From: Basidiobolus meristosporus CBS 931.73
Taxonomy: Eukaryota; Fungi; Basidiobolomycota
Assembly (NCBI GenBank): GCA_002104905.1
Contig: MCFE01000134.1
Coordinates: 1-64,000 of the forward strand
Reading direction: 5' to 3'
Length of the DNA stretch: 64,000 nt
Shown here: positions 61,201 to 64,000 of the stretch, piece after piece
Layout of the letters: each line of letters begins with the position of its first letter
Position numbering within the stretch: position 1 is the first letter of the stretch
Notes under the pieces: generated by a model
Told to the model about the DNA's origin: nothing
The model's input: the letters and a program-made list of their open reading frames with translations, nothing else
Database searches by the model: none
Made by a program: the position numbers and the translations under genes

Positions 61201-64000
61201 CAGATTGCCATTGACTATGACTCAGCTATGTTTGGAGTTGGGTAGTCCACAATGACTAGTTAGAGAGGCTACAATCACTATGAAAGAAGACAATCAGGAG
61301 CAGTGCCAATGGAAATAGACACTATGCAGAAGAATCCTACCTCAGAGGAATGTAGAAGAAAAGACTTTGCTTCAATTGCCACCAGTAGAGACATATTGCA
61401 AAGTACTGCCCTCAGAGAAGAAATTGTCACCAGCCATCAAGAACCTTCAACCATATTGAGGCCCTGGAGCATAGTAACATTAAGAACGAACTTGAAGAAG
61501 ACTCAGAACCCACCTTCCATACGACAGAAGAATACTTATCCCAGATGACCTCAAGCTCAGGAAAGCTATTATATTTGAATGGAGTAACTGATGGAGTACC
61601 TGCCAAGATCATGATTGACCCAGGAGCATTGCATGAGTACATGTCAGAGCAATTTGCTTTGAAAGCTGATATAAACTCAGAGCCCACCAGTTCAACTTCA
61701 GTCTCAACAGCTGATGGGAGCTCTCACATAATCAACTGTATTACTCAGCCAGTAAGAATGAAGATCAATGACTATGAAGAAGATTTTACAGGCCTATATA
61801 TTTGTGAACTGCCAGTTTGACCTTGTTCTTGGGAAAACCTGGCTATTTTGTTGTAATCCATCAAACAACTGGAGTGCCCATGCTACTCAGATCCAGAAGG
61901 ACAACAAGGCCTATGAGCTATTACCTGTCATACTGGATTTTAACTTGGTCAATTCCAGTGTGTGTGAAACAAGTTAAGTTAGCAAGACACAGTTCTGTAG
62001 AGCGCTAAGAAAAGGCACCCAGATGTTTCTCATGGCAGCATTACAGGAGGATTCCTCTACTCCAGTACCCCAGAAGGTCCAGACTCTTTTGAAGGAGTAT
62101 TCAGATGTATTTCCAGGTACGTTTGTAAGCCTACCACCAGTCAGAGACATGGATCATGCCATTGAAACAGGAGATAGCCCTCCAGCAAGTAAGACACATC
62201 ATAGAATGAGTCCATTGGCGTTGCAAGAGATGAAGAGACAAACAGATCAGCTACTGGAGCAAGGATATATCAGATCCAGCAGGTGACCTTGGGGAACACC
62301 AGTACTTTTTGTGAAGAATGATGTAGCAATTAGGATGTGCATTGACTACAGAGCCCTCAACTCAGTTACCATGAAGAATAAGTACCCCATACATTGGATT
62401 GATGAGCTTTTGGACCAACTCAAAGAAGCCACTATTTTCAGCAAGATTGACCTCATGTCAGGATACGACCATATCAGGATGAAGCTAGAAGACACCCCTG
62501 AGACAGCATTCAGGACCAAATATGGACATTACAAGTTCTTAGTCATGAGTATTGGCCTTACAAATGCCCCTACAACATTCATAATCCTGATGCAGGCTGT
62601 CTTCCAGGAGTACTTAGACAAGTTTATGATAATCTACCTAGATGATGTATATATACTGCAAGACAGAAGAAGATCACTTGGTGCACATTGAAAAGGTCTT
62701 GAAGAAACTAAGAGAGAACAAGCTCTATGGCAAGCTACTCAGGTGTGAATTCTTCAAGGAACACATTAAACATATGGGACACATAGCAACTAGCACAGGA
62801 GTAACCTTAGACCCTTAGAAGGTTGAAGTTATCAAGAATCTGAAGCAGCCCCATAGCATATCAGAGCTTAGATCATTCATTGCAATGGTTTCCTATTATT
62901 GCAGATTTGTTAAGTCTTTTGCAAGTATTGCAGCCCCTTTAACTAATATCCTCAAGAAAGACAAAACCTACAAGTGGGACATAGCGTGTGAGACTGCCTT
63001 CCAGATGCTGAAGAATGAACTTGCTAAGCTGCCAAGCTTAGGCATACCTGACTTCAGAAAAAAGTTTACATTGTGCACAGATGCTTCCAATTATGCAATT
63101 GGTGGAGTGTTGAGCCAAGAACACAAGGGAAAGGACTACCCTGTTGCCTTTGAATCCAAGAAACTGAGCTCAGCAGAACAAAACTATCCAGTGCATGAGA
63201 AGGAGATGTTTGCTATTATACACTGTTTGAAGACATGGATATGCTATGGTTAAGGAGTCAAATCCACTGTGAAGACTGATCATGCCTCCCTCAAGTATAT
63301 ATTTACTCAGAAGGTACTCTCTAGAAGAATGACAAGATGGAGTGAATACATTCAGCAATTTGACCTGGAGATTGTCTACTGCCCAGGAAAAAGCAACACA
63401 GTTGCTGACACCTTATCAAGATTGGAACAAGTTGCACAACTCAACTTGGTGCCTGATTCAGATTGGCCTAGCCTATTACCAAAGTACTTGGACAACTAAG
63501 CCACTCCTAATGAGGTGGATGAAGATATCAAGAAGATAATCCAGGATGAAGCCAGCAAATTTGTAGTACAGGATGAAACACTCTACCAAGTTATTGATGG
63601 AAGCCCTATTGCCTATTGCCCTTATGTTGCTTGCCTGGATTTAATACATAAGCTACACAAGGGATGTGGACATCTTGGAATTGAAGGAACCTATAGACTT
63701 GTGAGAGCCAGAGCATGGTGGCCCAGAATGAACCATGACATTGAGAAGCTAGTGAAAACATGTCCAAATTGCCAAATCAACTAAGGCCAACCACAGAGAA
63801 ATGCTGATCTCTTTCCCTTGGAGCCTGTAAGACCATTTGGAAGATGGGGAATTGACTTTATTGGCAGACCGCCAACTATCAGGAAATTCAACCCTTGGAT
63901 CCTAGTAGCAATTGACCATGCCACTAAATGGCCAGTGGCTAAAGCTGTACCTATAGCCAGTGAACAAGATGTTGCAAGTTTCATCTACCATGAGATCCCT
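55236..64000 (+). mobile_element. Ty3/gypsy family B host copy (degraded, runs off the window), split by an inverted insertion of the same family
   Basis: 368-bp LTR at 55236-55603, PBS ttggtggcagca, and gag start to 56086. The element resumes at 61024 with PMEID gag, protease IMIDPGAL, RT, RNase H TDASNYAIGGVL and integrase fragments. Confidence 0.9.
56087..61023 (-). mobile_element. Full-length Ty3/gypsy family B element (4937 bp, 368-bp LTRs, 4-bp TSD AAGA), pseudogenised
   Basis: LTRs at 56087-56454 and 60656-61023, roughly 5% divergent by eye. AAGA at 56083-56086 and 61024-61027. PBS TGGTAGCAG (tRNA-iMet-like); PPT next to 56454. Contains gag 59980-60597, [27 protein letters not shown] and integrase WGIDFIG..ILSDRG. 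Confidence 0.95.

Noticed and set aside
22000-64000. RIP (repeat-induced point mutation) as the cause of TE decay
   Set aside because: CA and TG remain abundant and CG is what is lost. This fits CpG deamination rather than classical CpA-to-TpA RIP.

Overview
Eukaryotic genomic DNA, most likely from an early-diverging fungus (Zoopagomycota/Mucoromycota-like). This is an inference from the short 60-80 nt GT-AG introns, the gene repertoire and the TE types. The window has two sharply different halves. (1) About 0.5-21 kb is gene-dense and CpG-rich. It carries a RapGAP-domain gene, a large Ig-like/multi-TM membrane protein, a 7TM GPCR-like protein, a 4-repeat Myb protein, a group I truncated globin with N-terminal CP heme-regulatory-like motifs, a cis-prenyltransferase (RER2/DHDDS-like), a 6TM Kv-type K+ channel and an intronless PDH E1-alpha (PDA1). 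(2) About 22-64 kb has no recognisable host genes and is CpG-depleted. It is a nest of transposons: a young Ty1/copia element inside an older copy of its own family, a solo LTR, a family of hairpin MITEs with ANT target duplications, reiterated CACTA/CMC-like units, a long-LTR Ty3/gypsy element, and a second gypsy family inserted in inverted orientation into itself. All coordinates, splice sites and mismatch counts were read by eye and should be verified computationally.
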